Below are positions 21,518 through 32,612 of a stretch of DNA of 64,000 bases, in pieces. The stretch lies in contig CH464491.1 of the NCBI GenBank assembly GCA_000002445.1, positions 4,096,001 through 4,160,000 on the forward strand. The letters run 5' to 3'. The notes beneath the pieces are model-generated. The model made no database searches and was not told where the DNA came from. It saw nothing but the letters and a program-made list of their open reading frames with translations. Every line of letters begins with the position of its first letter. Position 1 is the first letter of the stretch. This DNA is from Trypanosoma brucei (lineage: Eukaryota). The translations under genes and the position numbers were made by a program.

Positions 21518-22633
21518 GTTATATATATCGCAGCACAACGCAAATACTCGGCCACTGTATGAAACCACAGGTTCAGCTCTGCTTCGCCACTGTGGATTGG
21601 CAATGCGCTAAACACCTCCCCCCTCTCCGTGCTGTCAGTCAATATATTGCACCGCCGCAAGCTGACGAACACAATCGTTACAGCCGCTCCGTGTCAAGTG
21701 TGGAGCGTTTACGCGGCTCCACACGTGTCTTTTCCTTAATAACGAAAGCAGACACTAAAGCGGGAAAGAACAAGAGTTAATTGGATCCCATCCAACGCAT
21801 AAGGATAAAAAGAGGGCAAAGAATAACTGTCATTGTTTCCACTTTCTCGCTTGGATAAAATACAGCTCGATAACGCCAATCCTTCCTACAAGATTAAGAA
21901 TAAAGAAGGCTTGTTTATGGATCGTTCCTTTCTCAGATACGTCACAGCTCTCTCAAGCACAAACAGTGCTGCATACGTTTTTACGCTAACGTATCAGCGT
22001 GGATAACGCTGACAAGCATGTATTGACTAAAACAATAGTCAAAAAGCTCCCCCCAGCTACATTCCCCCCCCCCGCAGCACCACAACGAAAGTGGCACTTC
22101 GGTGAAAAGGACAATCGCAGTAATTGCACAAAGAGGCCTCGTGACGATAGGACAAGCTGCAGTGGAGAACTACTACATGGAAAGCAAGGTACAAGACAAC
22201 ACAAAACAGCAATATACATGTATATACATATATACATATGTATATATACGATATCATCACTGCAAGTCGTCCCTTTGCTCCTTCGCAATGTCGACATGGC
22301 CGCCACCTGGTGATTTCAGCAATAACTCCGCCTGAAGGGTCGTTCGAAGCCGAATATAATAAGAAGGTTTGTACCGCCCCAATCAGGCATTCCGGAGGAT
22401 ATGGGCGTAAGTCATTGTGTACAACCCCTCCCCAACACAATACAAATACCTTAGCAATACATAACGACGTAAAAAAAAAAAAAGAACTAAAGCAACGACA
22501 CATGTCTATTCTCCCAACGCCACTTTGCAAGCGTATGTGCGCATGTGTACCTTCTCCTGCAGTGCGAGCATACGCCAAAACTCCCCAAAATAACACGTAA
22601 TTACCAAGTAAAATAAGACACTAGTGAAAAACG

Positions 22634-22930
22634 CTACAGACCTAACTCCTTTAGGCACGATTGCAAAAGAGCCAACTTCGACTGGCAAAAATCCACATTA
22701 TTGCCATTTCTGTCAAGACATTCGTGCACCTGCCGACTGAAAGCCTTGCACGGGTGACCGCGTTCGGGTGGTTTGTATGGTTCCGGCTCGTTTGCACCGA
22801 AGAAAGGTGTCAACCATGAGGGCCGCAACTCCTTAAAGGTTGTTGGACGCCTCTCTTCACTGCCCTCAGTCTGTGGCTTCAACCCCTCATTCACCGTAGT
22901 CGATACCGATTCAACTCCACTTGTTGTCAT
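22634..22930 (-). CDS. small twin-Cx9C (CHCH-domain) protein, ~98 aa
   Basis: The C-terminus carries CKAFSRQVHEC ... CQSKLALLQSC, two Cx9C pairs typical of mitochondrial intermembrane-space CHCH proteins. The N-terminal 60 codons of the 158-aa ORF translate a pyrimidine tract (FFFLSFF), so the start was moved to the internal ATG (MTTSGVESV..). Confidence 0.45.
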   Translation of the reverse strand: MTTSGVESVSTTVNEGLKPQTEGSEERRPTTFKELRPSWLTPFFGANEPEPYKPPERGHPCKAFSRQVHECLDRNGNNVDFCQSKLALLQSCLKELGL

Positions 22931-23851
22931 GGATCCCTTTCCTTTATATTCCCCTATGGCCTCCGCGCGGACTTCTGCTTTTATATGGAATCTCTCTCCT
23001 CCCTTTCTGCGCCCCAAAGAGGGAAAATGAGTAAACCTGCTTGTACGCTGAAAGAAAGAAAGAAAAAAAAATCTGGCCGTAATAAGAAACGGAAGCGCAG
23101 AAAGTGGCAAGAGATAAAGAAAAAATTAGTGCCAACTAACAAAAACGTAACCCAGTACTGTAAAATATGTGAAATCATTTGCTGGTAAACAAAACGAGGG
23201 TTATATAGCAATTCCAGACGAAGCAAGAAGGAACTGGTACACACCTTCTTCGAAAATTTAGGTAAGTAAACCCTGCGGGATGAGAGGCAGGTGTAATCTG
23301 GAGCGAGACCAACAAATGACGAAGAGATGACCAATCCAAAAAAAAATTATAACGTCTCGGTAAAGTTGCGCAACTGTACAACCAAGGCACCTCTCCATCA
23401 CGCAAGCAACGGGTAAATGACGGGAGGAACAGCACAAACTGAGGGAAAGGTGGGGCACTTTAGGTTTGTTACTCCCATCTTTTGGCAAATGCGCACATGA
23501 ACAAACCCGTGTCGTCCCGAACTAACACCTAAAGCAACATTAATCAGTCACATGCATTTGCAAAGCGGCGAATGTTGTAGCTCGGTTTAGCACAACGGTA
23601 CAAAATTCTAATGGCCGCCTAATTATGGAATAATCCAAGAACGCTCCAGACAGCGTCACTTATTGAATTGTCCACTAATTAGTGGATGTATATGATTGAG
23701 AAAAGGAAGGATGTTCTGAGTAATCACCGCTCGCCTTTGAAGGTTTCAAACCGCTGTTGATCTTAGTTCGCCTGACTTCACTTATCTGGCCTCTACGATA
23801 GCTGCCGTCATCTGTGGTCGTAGCCGACGCATGACCCCCGCGATACTCATC

Positions 23852-25048
23852 TCATTGTGTTACACTTGAGGCTGCGGTGCTGGAGGGTTCAGTTCCGGGG
23901 TATAATTGACTCTCAGAAAGGGTGGAGGTGGAGGTACTGCTGCTACTAGTAGTAACGGTTTGAGAAGGGCTCTCCCGGCTACCGTGTGTATCATTCCCGT
24001 CCCCAGTGCTGGGGTTGCACGGGAGTGCGCTGCCAACACCAGGGCGCACAACAAACTGCAGCCACTCCTTCGTGGACGGTTCAGCCAAGGGGAGGCCCAA
24101 ATCACCCAACGTCACCAACGTAGGTGTAGAGAGCATTGGAAGAAATCGATTATTGTCCGCCAACGCTCGAAGTTCGTCAAGCAGCCTTGACTGCAGAAGA
24201 TGCTCTCCCTTGATGATGGCTTCGCCCAGCACCAAGTAGACTTGGTTTCCGCTGGCACGGTCATTACACGTACGATGTCTCTGCTGAACGGCAGACGGAC
24301 GCCAACACTCACCAACTGCTACCAAAGCGTTAGAACAACCACGAGGGTCACCGGTAAGGCATCCGTAACGATGGTCTCCTGACGGAATCTGAAAGCCCCT
24401 CCCCACGATATGATCACACAGGTCAGACGTCGTCACCTGATGGGCGCCAAGTGGGTGGTCACTCAGTCGCAGTTTGAGTGCTTTGCCCAAGGAACTAGCG
24501 TCCAGTAATTCACAATCTTCTAATATGCGGTAGATGTAGTTTTCATCTGAAACGTTAAAGGCGAACGGGCGTGTGAGTTGTTCTCGCCAGTGGAATATTC
24601 CTTCAACAAGTTGCCCCGTTAGAAACTGGTGTGCTGTAAGGGCACCCCGGAAAAAATGGAAAAAGTGGCGTTCGTTATCATCGATCGGAGCTACCTCATG
24701 AGCTATTACCCGCAACAAACGGGGACGAATAACACTTTCCTCGAACTTTTCACAGCAAGTTAACAACCACTCGACGAGTTGATCACGACGTTCGCAAAGT
24801 TCTAGCACTTCCACGGTACGGCAACGGTGTTTCTCTAAATAGTCACACAGCGTGGTGAGCGCGTCTTCCAGTCTGCGGTCCTTCGGATGCCTCAGCAGCG
24901 GCTCGACGAAGCAAGAATCATAAAAGGACAGATCAATAACGGGGAGTTGAAGCCTACCAACGAGTTCCCTGTACCGCCCAACCAGTTTCGCCACTTTTAC
25001 CTTCTGGGCCTCCTTGAAACAACGTTCTTTAACTGCCTTGCCCTTCAT
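23852..25048 (-). CDS. hypothetical protein (~398 aa) with a Ser/Thr-rich C-terminal tail
   Basis: The ORF-track start is GTG; I trimmed to the ATG at 25046..25048 (MKGKAVKERCF..). Non-repetitive composition. No family recognised. Confidence 0.45.
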   Translation of the reverse strand: MKGKAVKERCFKEAQKVKVAKLVGRYRELVGRLQLPVIDLSFYDSCFVEPLLRHPKDRRLEDALTTLCDYLEKHRCRTVEVLELCERRDQLVEWLLTCCEKFEESVIRPRLLRVIAHEVAPIDDNERHFFHFFRGALTAHQFLTGQLVEGIFHWREQLTRPFAFNVSDENYIYRILEDCELLDASSLGKALKLRLSDHPLGAHQVTTSDLCDHIVGRGFQIPSGDHRYGCLTGDPRGCSNALVAVGECWRPSAVQQRHRTCNDRASGNQVYLVLGEAIIKGEHLLQSRLLDELRALADNNRFLPMLSTPTLVTLGDLGLPLAEPSTKEWLQFVVRPGVGSALPCNPSTGDGNDTHGSRESPSQTVTTSSSSTSTSTLSESQLYPGTEPSSTAASSVTQ

Positions 25049-26468
25049 TTTTTTTTCTACACTCGAGGGCAAAGGATTCACGTTATTCCCGCAATGTAAC
25101 TATGTACGACAATCTACCGCTGTAGAGCAAAGCAGCAGTTCGGGACCCTCTATTATGCCTTTTCCCACGCCCCGTCGCACCCGCTGGTCCCCTTCCTTAA
25201 CTTGCGCACAACTTCTTTTGACACCCCTCTCCCGAGTCCCTCAAGATCGGTGGCGCACTCCTTTTGGCGCAGGGGATCCCTCCCACAGTCCTGCTGCACA
25301 CCCTTCCGGTATTCAACAAAACAGGAAAATAAGTGAATAACCATGACAACATATAAATAAAATATGGGTACAGAAGTAAAAGCAACAATGACTCAGTGAA
25401 CAAAGAGGAGACGATGTAAAATCGGGTATTCACCATATAGAGACATGAGAGGTTGGATTCTTTAAGATGGGACACACGTATCTTCGCAACACCCTTCGCC
25501 TCTAGACGAGTTATCACTACTGTGAGCGCACTGAATCCTTTTCCCTTCCTCTTTACCGTCCTCACCTCCTTCCTCCCTTTCACTCTCATAATTCTTTCTT
25601 TTTTTTTATTGTCTTTCACTTTTTCCTTTCTCCTCTATCTATTTAATATCTTTCGCCACCGGTAAATTAATGTGGGGGACAGTCTTATGCGGTCTTTCCC
25701 GAAAGAATGTGTTCGTAATTCATAAGCCAAAATAGAAATATGTGCGGAAAGAAGTAAAAACAATAAAACTAAAAAGACACAAAAACGATGAGGCGAATAT
25801 TGTAGCACGAAATGCACATTTTTCGCCAAGGAGCCTTTCACGTGGGAGGCAGTTGTGCGAATGCGTGTGCACTGCATGTACTCGGCACAAAACGGAGTAA
25901 AATGGAGAGGTCACCGCCTCCCCACATCCGTTACGCAAAAAAGGAAACCAAAAAAAAAAAAGCAAACAAAACAATTATTTTCTTGTTTTCTTCACTGCGT
26001 CGAATCTAAACCCACCTCGCTTCCCAACTCTATCATCTATATTGTATCCTTCCCCCTTCCCCCACCTTCAAAACAGTTTCTTTAGTAGACTAATCCCTTC
26101 CATCCCCCAAACCAAAAATAGCGAAAAATTAAAAAAGGGGGATCTAAACCCTCCATTCCCCTTAGGCGGACAAAATAATTCATAAAACAAAAGCGGGTAT
26201 TACGGCATTGCGTGAAAGCAACCGGTAAACCAAAAAAAAAGTAAGGAAAATGTGAAATATTTAAACATCAACAACAAAGAGGTGGCAAATCACTTTAAAA
26301 TTACGATATGTTAAAGGAACGGGGGGAAGGGGCAAATGTTTCTAAAACGCCGCTGGTGGTCTCTACTGCTCTAGTATTTTGAAAATTGAGGGAGAGAGTG
26401 TGTGAAATATATATATATATATATAACTTAGTAACTTCCTTTGCACGCCCGGCGACACAAGCACTGTG

Positions 26469-28850
26469 CTACGATTTGGAAGAAACTGTCGTCCTACGAC
26501 CTGAATTTGCACCGCTCTTGCAGGCTTCCGCGTGTTCAGGAAGATCGTGCACGCGCATGTGTGTGCCACATCCTGGACAGGGAATGATTGACACCTTCAC
26601 ACATTCATAACAAGCGCGGGTAAAGGCGTCAAGTTCTTCTCTTGTAGCTTCAGACACGGCCTCTGGAATGCACCGAGTCGGTATTCCCATATTGAGGCGC
26701 AGCGTACTGAGACCATACCGCCTATACAGAGCCGTTGTTTTGGTGCGGCAAAAATCTAAATGCAGGGAATACGTTTTTAGGGGTTGCATTTCACCACAAT
26801 AGTAACAGGGAACCACTTCACGAGACCTCCTGAGCATCCCTTGAAGAACTGCTGCTGCCGAAGCGATGCAGGAGCCCCTGTTGGTTTGTGTACCGAAAAC
26901 AGTGGAGCGACGGGTAGGGGACACGCGCACTGAAGGTTCGGTGGAGGAGGAAACTCCTTTTTGTGACTCTCGAAGTAGGAGTAGCAGCTCCTCTTCCATC
27001 GTGGAACCTGCAGGCGCGCGCGCAGGTAGAACACTGGATAGATTTGTAGATACAGTTCTCGTATCAAATTTACTAGCATGGAAGGCATCTTCGGGATCAA
27101 CCCTCGGCGCCTCCGATCCCATTTTACCGTCACGAGATTTGGCCTGGGGCGCCGGTTCGTGTACCGTTGTTGGCAACCGGGGTGCCCACTCGCTTTGGCG
27201 ACTGCTGCTCTCATTACTGATGCTATGACAAGCACCATCAACGGCATCGGCAGCAACGGCCTGGGAACGAGGTCCTTCACGAGAGGGAGTCGAGACTTTG
27301 ATGGTGTGTGCGGTTGCCGAAGTAAGCAATGACGGGTCCTCCACCTCACGAATGGCTTGTTGGCGTTGCTTGATATTTTGCTGAGACCTCGGTTGCAGTT
27401 CACTCTGTTCTTTCCCTCCGTGTGTGGAACGCTTCGTGGAACTCTTTGTCTCGCTGCTCATGGTACCGCTACGTTTCGTACTGCTCTTCGCAACCGATGT
27501 GGGGGTGGGCGCACGTTTGTGCGTTGACGATGACACGGACGCCTTCGCTGCTGGCTTCTCCACATTATTTTCTTCACGCACAGCAACCTTACTGTTATGC
27601 GCAGTGCTCTGCTTGCTTGTGGAGATGACACTGTCTGGTGTGTCCCCCGGATGTTTTTCACTCCGTGAATTTGCGCGAGCCGATGGATTGGTTACTGGCG
27701 AAAGTGTTGCCGTTGTAGGTGAGACAAGTGGGTATACGAGGCTTTGTCGTACTCTAGTGCTCCCGCTGTTTTCTCCCTCACGTCGACGCGAAGACTCTAA
27801 AGGGTGCTGCTCGGATGGTTTTTTCATGGCCACTACACTCATTGGAAGCATGCTAATGCCGCCATGGGATGCACGCCACGAGGAGGGGCTGCTGCTTCGG
27901 AGGGAGGACATTACGGCGGCACCAGAGGCAAGTTGAGCTGAGGCACGTGACGTGGCAGTTGTTCGTGGAGATACACTCCGATTATCGCTCTCCGCACTCA
28001 TGGTCCTTCTGGGAACAGCGCTTTGTGATTGCCGATTGTGCTCTTCTTCACCCCTTAACTCGGGCTCCTGCCCTTCTTCTTGCTGCAGTCGAAGTTGCAG
28101 ATCCATCTCCTCTTTTAAATGAAGCTCCCGTTTCACTTCCTCTGTCAGTCGAAGCATGCGCTCCTCCTCTTGTTCCACTTGGACCTTCAGCTCTACTTCA
28201 TCTTTTGGCCTGTTCCTCCGCTTATCTTCCTCCCTCTGCCTGCGCTTCCATTCTTCCTCTTCCTCCTTTTGTTTACGCTTGCGCTCTTCCTCTTCCCTCT
28301 GCTTGCGCTTGCGGTCCTCTTCCTCTTCCCTCTGCTTGCGCTTGCGGTCCTCTTCCTCTTCTTCCCTTTGTTTACGCTTGCGCTCTTCCTCTTCCCTCTG
28401 CTTGCGCTTGCGGTCCTCTTCCTCTTCCTTCGCCCTGAGTTCCCTGTCTTCCTCCACCTCCTCCTTTTGTTTAAGAATCACTTCTCCCTCTTCCCTCAAT
28501 GGAGGCTCCTGTTCTCCGTTGATACAGGAACACCGCTCTTCCTCTAGACTGAAGAGCCGATCCCACTCATCTTCCCTCAGCCAGTCACTCCGTTCTTCGT
28601 CACACACGGTGGGTTCACCCTGCCCGTTTTGTGACCTCCTGTTCATTACCAGCTGCCTATACTGCGCTATTACCTCTGCGCGTCTTGTGTGGCTGTCCAT
28701 AAGGCGTTGGTAGTCGATCCTTATACTGCTGCAGCTGCTTCCCCTGTCAACACTATCATTCCATCGTGTAGATGGGGAAATTGACGGTCTCAACGCTGAG
28801 CTTTCACTTTGGTTCCTCTCACTGACTGACTTCCGAGTTGGCTTTGACAT
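26469..28850 (-). CDS. ZC2HC-type (C2HC) zinc-finger protein with an internal Glu/Arg/Lys-rich tandem repeat (~793 aa)
   Basis: The C-terminus has two C-x2-C-x11-H-x3-C units (CYYCGEMQPLKTYSLHLDFC and CPGCGTHMRVHDLPEHAEAC), as in ZC2HC1/FAM164-family proteins. Central units EEE(E)DRKRKQREEE repeat at least five times and are encoded by a nucleotide tandem repeat at about 28200-28440. The first codon is TTG; I trimmed to the ATG at 28848..28850 (MSKPTRKS..). Confidence 0.55.
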   Translation of the reverse strand: MSKPTRKSVSERNQSESSALRPSISPSTRWNDSVDRGSSCSSIRIDYQRLMDSHTRRAEVIAQYRQLVMNRRSQNGQGEPTVCDEERSDWLREDEWDRLFSLEEERCSCINGEQEPPLREEGEVILKQKEEVEEDRELRAKEEEEDRKRKQREEEERKRKQREEEEEDRKRKQREEEEDRKRKQREEEERKRKQKEEEEEWKRRQREEDKRRNRPKDEVELKVQVEQEEERMLRLTEEVKRELHLKEEMDLQLRLQQEEGQEPELRGEEEHNRQSQSAVPRRTMSAESDNRSVSPRTTATSRASAQLASGAAVMSSLRSSSPSSWRASHGGISMLPMSVVAMKKPSEQHPLESSRRREGENSGSTRVRQSLVYPLVSPTTATLSPVTNPSARANSRSEKHPGDTPDSVISTSKQSTAHNSKVAVREENNVEKPAAKASVSSSTHKRAPTPTSVAKSSTKRSGTMSSETKSSTKRSTHGGKEQSELQPRSQQNIKQRQQAIREVEDPSLLTSATAHTIKVSTPSREGPRSQAVAADAVDGACHSISNESSSRQSEWAPRLPTTVHEPAPQAKSRDGKMGSEAPRVDPEDAFHASKFDTRTVSTNLSSVLPARAPAGSTMEEELLLLLRESQKGVSSSTEPSVRVSPTRRSTVFGTQTNRGSCIASAAAVLQGMLRRSREVVPCYYCGEMQPLKTYSLHLDFCRTKTTALYRRYGLSTLRLNMGIPTRCIPEAVSEATREELDAFTRACYECVKVSIIPCPGCGTHMRVHDLPEHAEACKSGANSGRRTTVSSKS
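28200..28440. repeat. intragenic tandem repeat (39-42 bp units) encoding the charged EEEDRKRKQREEE array
   Basis: cctcttcctcttccctctgcttgcgcttgcggtcctcttc... recurs at least five times with small variations. This is why the + strand shadow ORFs there read LCLRLRSSSS. Confidence 0.75.
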
Positions 28851-29492
28851 TGTTGGGTGCCGGAAGCTCCTTTCTCGCGTCAACTTAGAAATCCCTCCCT
28901 ACCAATATATGAGCAATGACACGGATGGGGAAATAAAGAGTGTTGATTTGTTTGCATGACAACCCAAAGGTAGAAGGGGAGAGGCTTGATGAAATGAAAA
29001 CCAACTGGAAAAGAAGGGAAGTGTCGCAATTCTCAAAGCATGAGCGCCTGTGTCACAGGCAGGATCTCTAACCCATAAAAACCAATCACGCCCCTGACCT
29101 CACCTGTCTGGCCATCTCACAGCCGTGAACAAAGATGCCTCCACTAGCCGCCTCTGACGGCAGCTGAAATTATATCCGATATCTCCTCCGCTCTCATTCC
29201 CTACTGCGACACGGGTACGAAATCCAATATCTTTTCCTTCCACAAGAATAGCCGAAAATAATGACGACGAAGTTGGTGTGAGGATGCAGATAAGGAAGTA
29301 CGTACTTGTGTGCGCGAAGAGTGGGTGGGAATAGAAGGAAAAAATGTAAAAATAATATGATAGATGCTACTATACTATGCTTCCCTTTAAATCTACACGA
29401 TACTGGCTGCACAACAAGCAATTTCAAATCCCTAATACTGCACCAATATATAAACTAGCTCGGTATCATCTCCACTATTACAATCGACACCA

Positions 29493-30407
29493 CTATCTCC
29501 TGGCAATATTACTACCTGCAGCGGCAAAGTCTACATCATAGAGATGAAAGCCCTCGTCTTGCTGTACCTTCCCCATAATTCGGTCCCAATCCCAGCCTAA
29601 CATCGACGTGTGACTCCGCGAGTTCCTTTCTGCAGCGTACAACGCACCCTTAAGGTCATCGCTGAAGGCGGAACACCACTCCTTGAAGTGCACGTCCTCG
29701 TCCCTATCAAAAAACGCTAGAAAGTTTAGGATGGCCCATAAAAACACCATCCCGAACACTACAGTTGTAAAAAAGCGAAGGTGAGGTGCTACATCCATAT
29801 CACCGAAGCGATCTGACGCCTCCCCCGCACTACCGTACATCGGGTGGTGACCTGTCCACCGGTGAAGCTTCGCATCGTCATACCACAGCACCTCGGGATG
29901 GGTCCAGTGGTCGTACACCTGCGCACCATCGGGGTGAAACATTGGGTTGGCGAGGGTGGCAGTTGACCATGGTGAGGCGTTGTTGCGCCGCAAGTAGTAA
30001 AAGCACGCGTTCTCTCGTAGGTATTTCTGTGTCTGACGCACCATCATGTCACACGTCGCAGGGTCAGTGACGTACCGATACATCTCAAAGCGACGACGAA
30101 CGACTTTGTAGGCGAGATTGAATTTATGGGCGTTGAGCTGGACGAGCCACATTTGCAGTTCTTTAAGGGCCCAACGGTAAAGTCGACACACACGCTGCTT
30201 ATGTGTGAGCCGCGGGTCATCAATGATGGGGTCCAGGTGACGCACACAACCGGTAAAATCGTAGATATACGCATCGGATTTACGCTCATATTTTGGGTTG
30301 TCAAGAATACGCCACCCTTCATAATTCTGCAGCAGTGGTTCGTGCAAGTGCCACTCGTGGTACTCCACCATACCAGCACTTAGCAACGGAAAGCAACGGC
30401 GCATCAT
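29493..30407 (-). CDS. LYR-motif-containing protein (304 aa), possibly a mitochondrial complex-I or Fe-S accessory LYR protein
   Basis: Starts ATGATG (MMRRCF..). Contains ..KQRVCRLYRWALKEL.., which matches the L-x-x-LY-R/K signature of the Complex1_LYR family. The rest of the protein is unassigned. Confidence 0.4.
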   Translation of the reverse strand: MMRRCFPLLSAGMVEYHEWHLHEPLLQNYEGWRILDNPKYERKSDAYIYDFTGCVRHLDPIIDDPRLTHKQRVCRLYRWALKELQMWLVQLNAHKFNLAYKVVRRRFEMYRYVTDPATCDMMVRQTQKYLRENACFYYLRRNNASPWSTATLANPMFHPDGAQVYDHWTHPEVLWYDDAKLHRWTGHHPMYGSAGEASDRFGDMDVAPHLRFFTTVVFGMVFLWAILNFLAFFDRDEDVHFKEWCSAFSDDLKGALYAAERNSRSHTSMLGWDWDRIMGKVQQDEGFHLYDVDFAAAGSNIARR

Positions 30408-31390
30408 GATGACAAAGAGGCTAACAGACCAATGTTACTTCCACCAATCCCCACACTGATCTTTTCCGCCCTTTACCCCGCCTTACCTCTCTCCGTTCGA
30501 ACCGAATATGAGTTACACTTCCCTATTTCTTTGGATTTTACCCGTGCGATATCACCAACAACTACCGAGTATTGAGGCTACCTTGCAGAAAAAGGCAACA
30601 GAAAAAGGGGGGAAATTGCGGACGGAAGGAAGGAGTATCAAACCACGTTTCAACTCCACTTATGCACGGTGTGCTCACGAGCGGCGCTTACGGAGAATGC
30701 TGTGCATTTCTACCCACATCCACGCTTTTCATTCCCCTACTTAATTTGTAATCACCGCTAATGATGCTTCCGCTCCCCCAACAACTCAGTACGCACACAT
30801 CCATTTGCATTCCCTCCGCGTCCTACTTTGCGAAAAAGGCATATATCATGTGGTAGCCTCACATTAAAAAAAAAAACACTTGATCCACCACTGTATAAAC
30901 AACATTTCCCCCCTCCTTTCTTAAAACACTTGCAGACAGAAGGAGGTGGTAACAGATACCTACATGTTGACCACCTACACAAGACTGTGTCCACGCAATC
31001 CACACAGGTAAAGAAAATGATGTAGATGGCCTCATGCACAAACACACAATGATGAAGGGCAATGGGCAATGGTGGCGGCAATAGCAAAAAAGGGGGCATT
31101 TCGAGCGATCGTTTACTAAGAAACTCTTTACCAACTTGATAAGTGCCGATACAACCACTGATATTATAGCACACGTGCTACTCTCACACAGTATGGTGCT
31201 TACTAAATGCATCCGTCGCCCACGGTGGTGAGCGCACACATGGACGCAGGCAGAGAGCCGAGTGGTAACTATGTGTGATACCCACAAATTGGCAATGGCA
31301 CCGGGAAATACGATACCAACGGTGGAACGAACGATAAACAATCTTTACTAGTTTTGGCGTGCCCATTCCTTCTCCCTTCGTCTCGCTCCT

Positions 31391-32320
31391 TTACCAGAAC
31401 TTCATCTCGTAGTAGTCTTGCCCAGTCGCCCGCTTCCAGTGCCGTTCCGCCCAGTGCCAGTCTACCACATCGAAATACTTGGAGAGGAACTGAGCCCTAT
31501 CGTTCTCATAGTCCACGTAGTATGCATGCTCCCATACATCGACACACAACAACGGCACGTGATCAGCGTTCGTGAGCGGACACCCAGCGTTGCTATACGC
31601 GATAACATCAAAACAACACCCTCGTTTGTCATATACCCAATACACCCAACCACTTCCAAACAGCCCAAGCCCCGCGTCAGTAAACGTTTTTTGAAATGCC
31701 TCCACCGAACTGTACTGTTGCTCCACAGCAGCCTTAAGGTCCGGTGGGATGTTGCTTCCATACGGCTGTATGCATTTCCAGTAAAAACAGTGGTTATAGT
31801 GCTGCGCAGCACTATTGTACACTCCGGCAAGAGATTCATCCCCATGGCTGCGTACGATAATCTCATCGAGGTTCAGTCCATACAATGGTGTACCTTCAAT
31901 CAGCTGGTTAAGCTTCTCCACGTAGCTACGGTGGTGACGACCGTAGTGCAGACGTATCTGGTAAGAAGAAAGTAGCGGAAGACATCCTTTGTACCACGGA
32001 AATTCTAGCGTTGGAAGGAAGAAAAAGCCTTGTGATTGAAGGTAATTCTCCGCTCTTCGAATGTACTCATCCACACGCCAGTAAGTATCGCGGTGCTTCT
32101 CTACGTAGTAATCGGGGGCCCGACCAGAGCGGTTGCGAAATTCATTGTATTGATCCATGTAATTGAAACGCCCAAGCACGATGTCGGCCTTCGGTGTGTG
32201 CATAACTAAACCGCTGCGTAATGATGCTTGCAGCGCTGTGCCAAGGAACGGATCGCCCACCCCTCCCTTTACTAGCGATACCAACGGAATCGTGCCTGCG
32301 AATGAAGCCACGCGACGCAT
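31391..32320 (-). CDS. Fe/Mn-family superoxide dismutase with a ~95-aa N-terminal extension (mitochondrial-type, SODA/SODC-like)
   Basis: True ATG (cat at 32318..32320). Hallmark blocks read directly: ..LHYGRHHRSYVEKLN.., ..AAQHYNHCFYW.., ..GSGWVYWVYD.., ..DVWEHAYYVDYENDRAQFL... An N-terminal presequence-like region precedes the SOD fold. Confidence 0.85.
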   Translation of the reverse strand: MRRVASFAGTIPLVSLVKGGVGDPFLGTALQASLRSGLVMHTPKADIVLGRFNYMDQYNEFRNRSGRAPDYYVEKHRDTYWRVDEYIRRAENYLQSQGFFFLPTLEFPWYKGCLPLLSSYQIRLHYGRHHRSYVEKLNQLIEGTPLYGLNLDEIIVRSHGDESLAGVYNSAAQHYNHCFYWKCIQPYGSNIPPDLKAAVEQQYSSVEAFQKTFTDAGLGLFGSGWVYWVYDKRGCCFDVIAYSNAGCPLTNADHVPLLCVDVWEHAYYVDYENDRAQFLSKYFDVVDWHWAERHWKRATGQDYYEMKFW

Positions 32321-32612
32321 GGCTCGAAGGTATGAATGATGCTGGAAAATGAACTGAAGGGAGAGGCGACCAATAAATATTTACGTATGCGCCCCTTCAA
32401 GCTCTGATAAAGTTTTCCACCGTAGTTGTCACTCTACTACGCTCAAAAACAAAAAAAACTTTAAAAGAAAAAGAATAAAATCGAACAACACATTCCGGTG
32501 CAGTAACACACTGAGACACTGGTACCTTGTAATGACCGCGAAGCGTACACAAGCGCAGGGAGGAGCTTTTCTTATTCGCTATACTGTCGGTTAGTTATTA
32601 GGCCCTTTTAAC

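Noticed and set aside
22057-22600. 179-aa minus ORF and 120-aa plus ORF spanning a TATACA-type repeat
   Set aside because: The translation is driven by the (TATACA)n/(TA)n repeat (YICIYVYT...) and C10/A-runs. It lies in the spacer upstream of the CHCH gene.
30481-30500. tRNA T-loop-like string (..ccgttcgaaccg..)
   Set aside because: No acceptor stem, anticodon-arm or D-arm complementarity can be built around it. It is an isolated motif in spacer. I found no convincing tRNA, snRNA or spliced-leader RNA gene elsewhere in the window.
30758-31341. Two overlapping minus ORFs (138 and 160 aa) in the spacer between the LYR gene and the SOD gene
   Set aside because: They overlap each other in different frames. 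Both are Cys/His/Val-rich low-complexity translations of pyrimidine-rich spacer. The region is better explained as the UTRs and processing region of the flanking genes.
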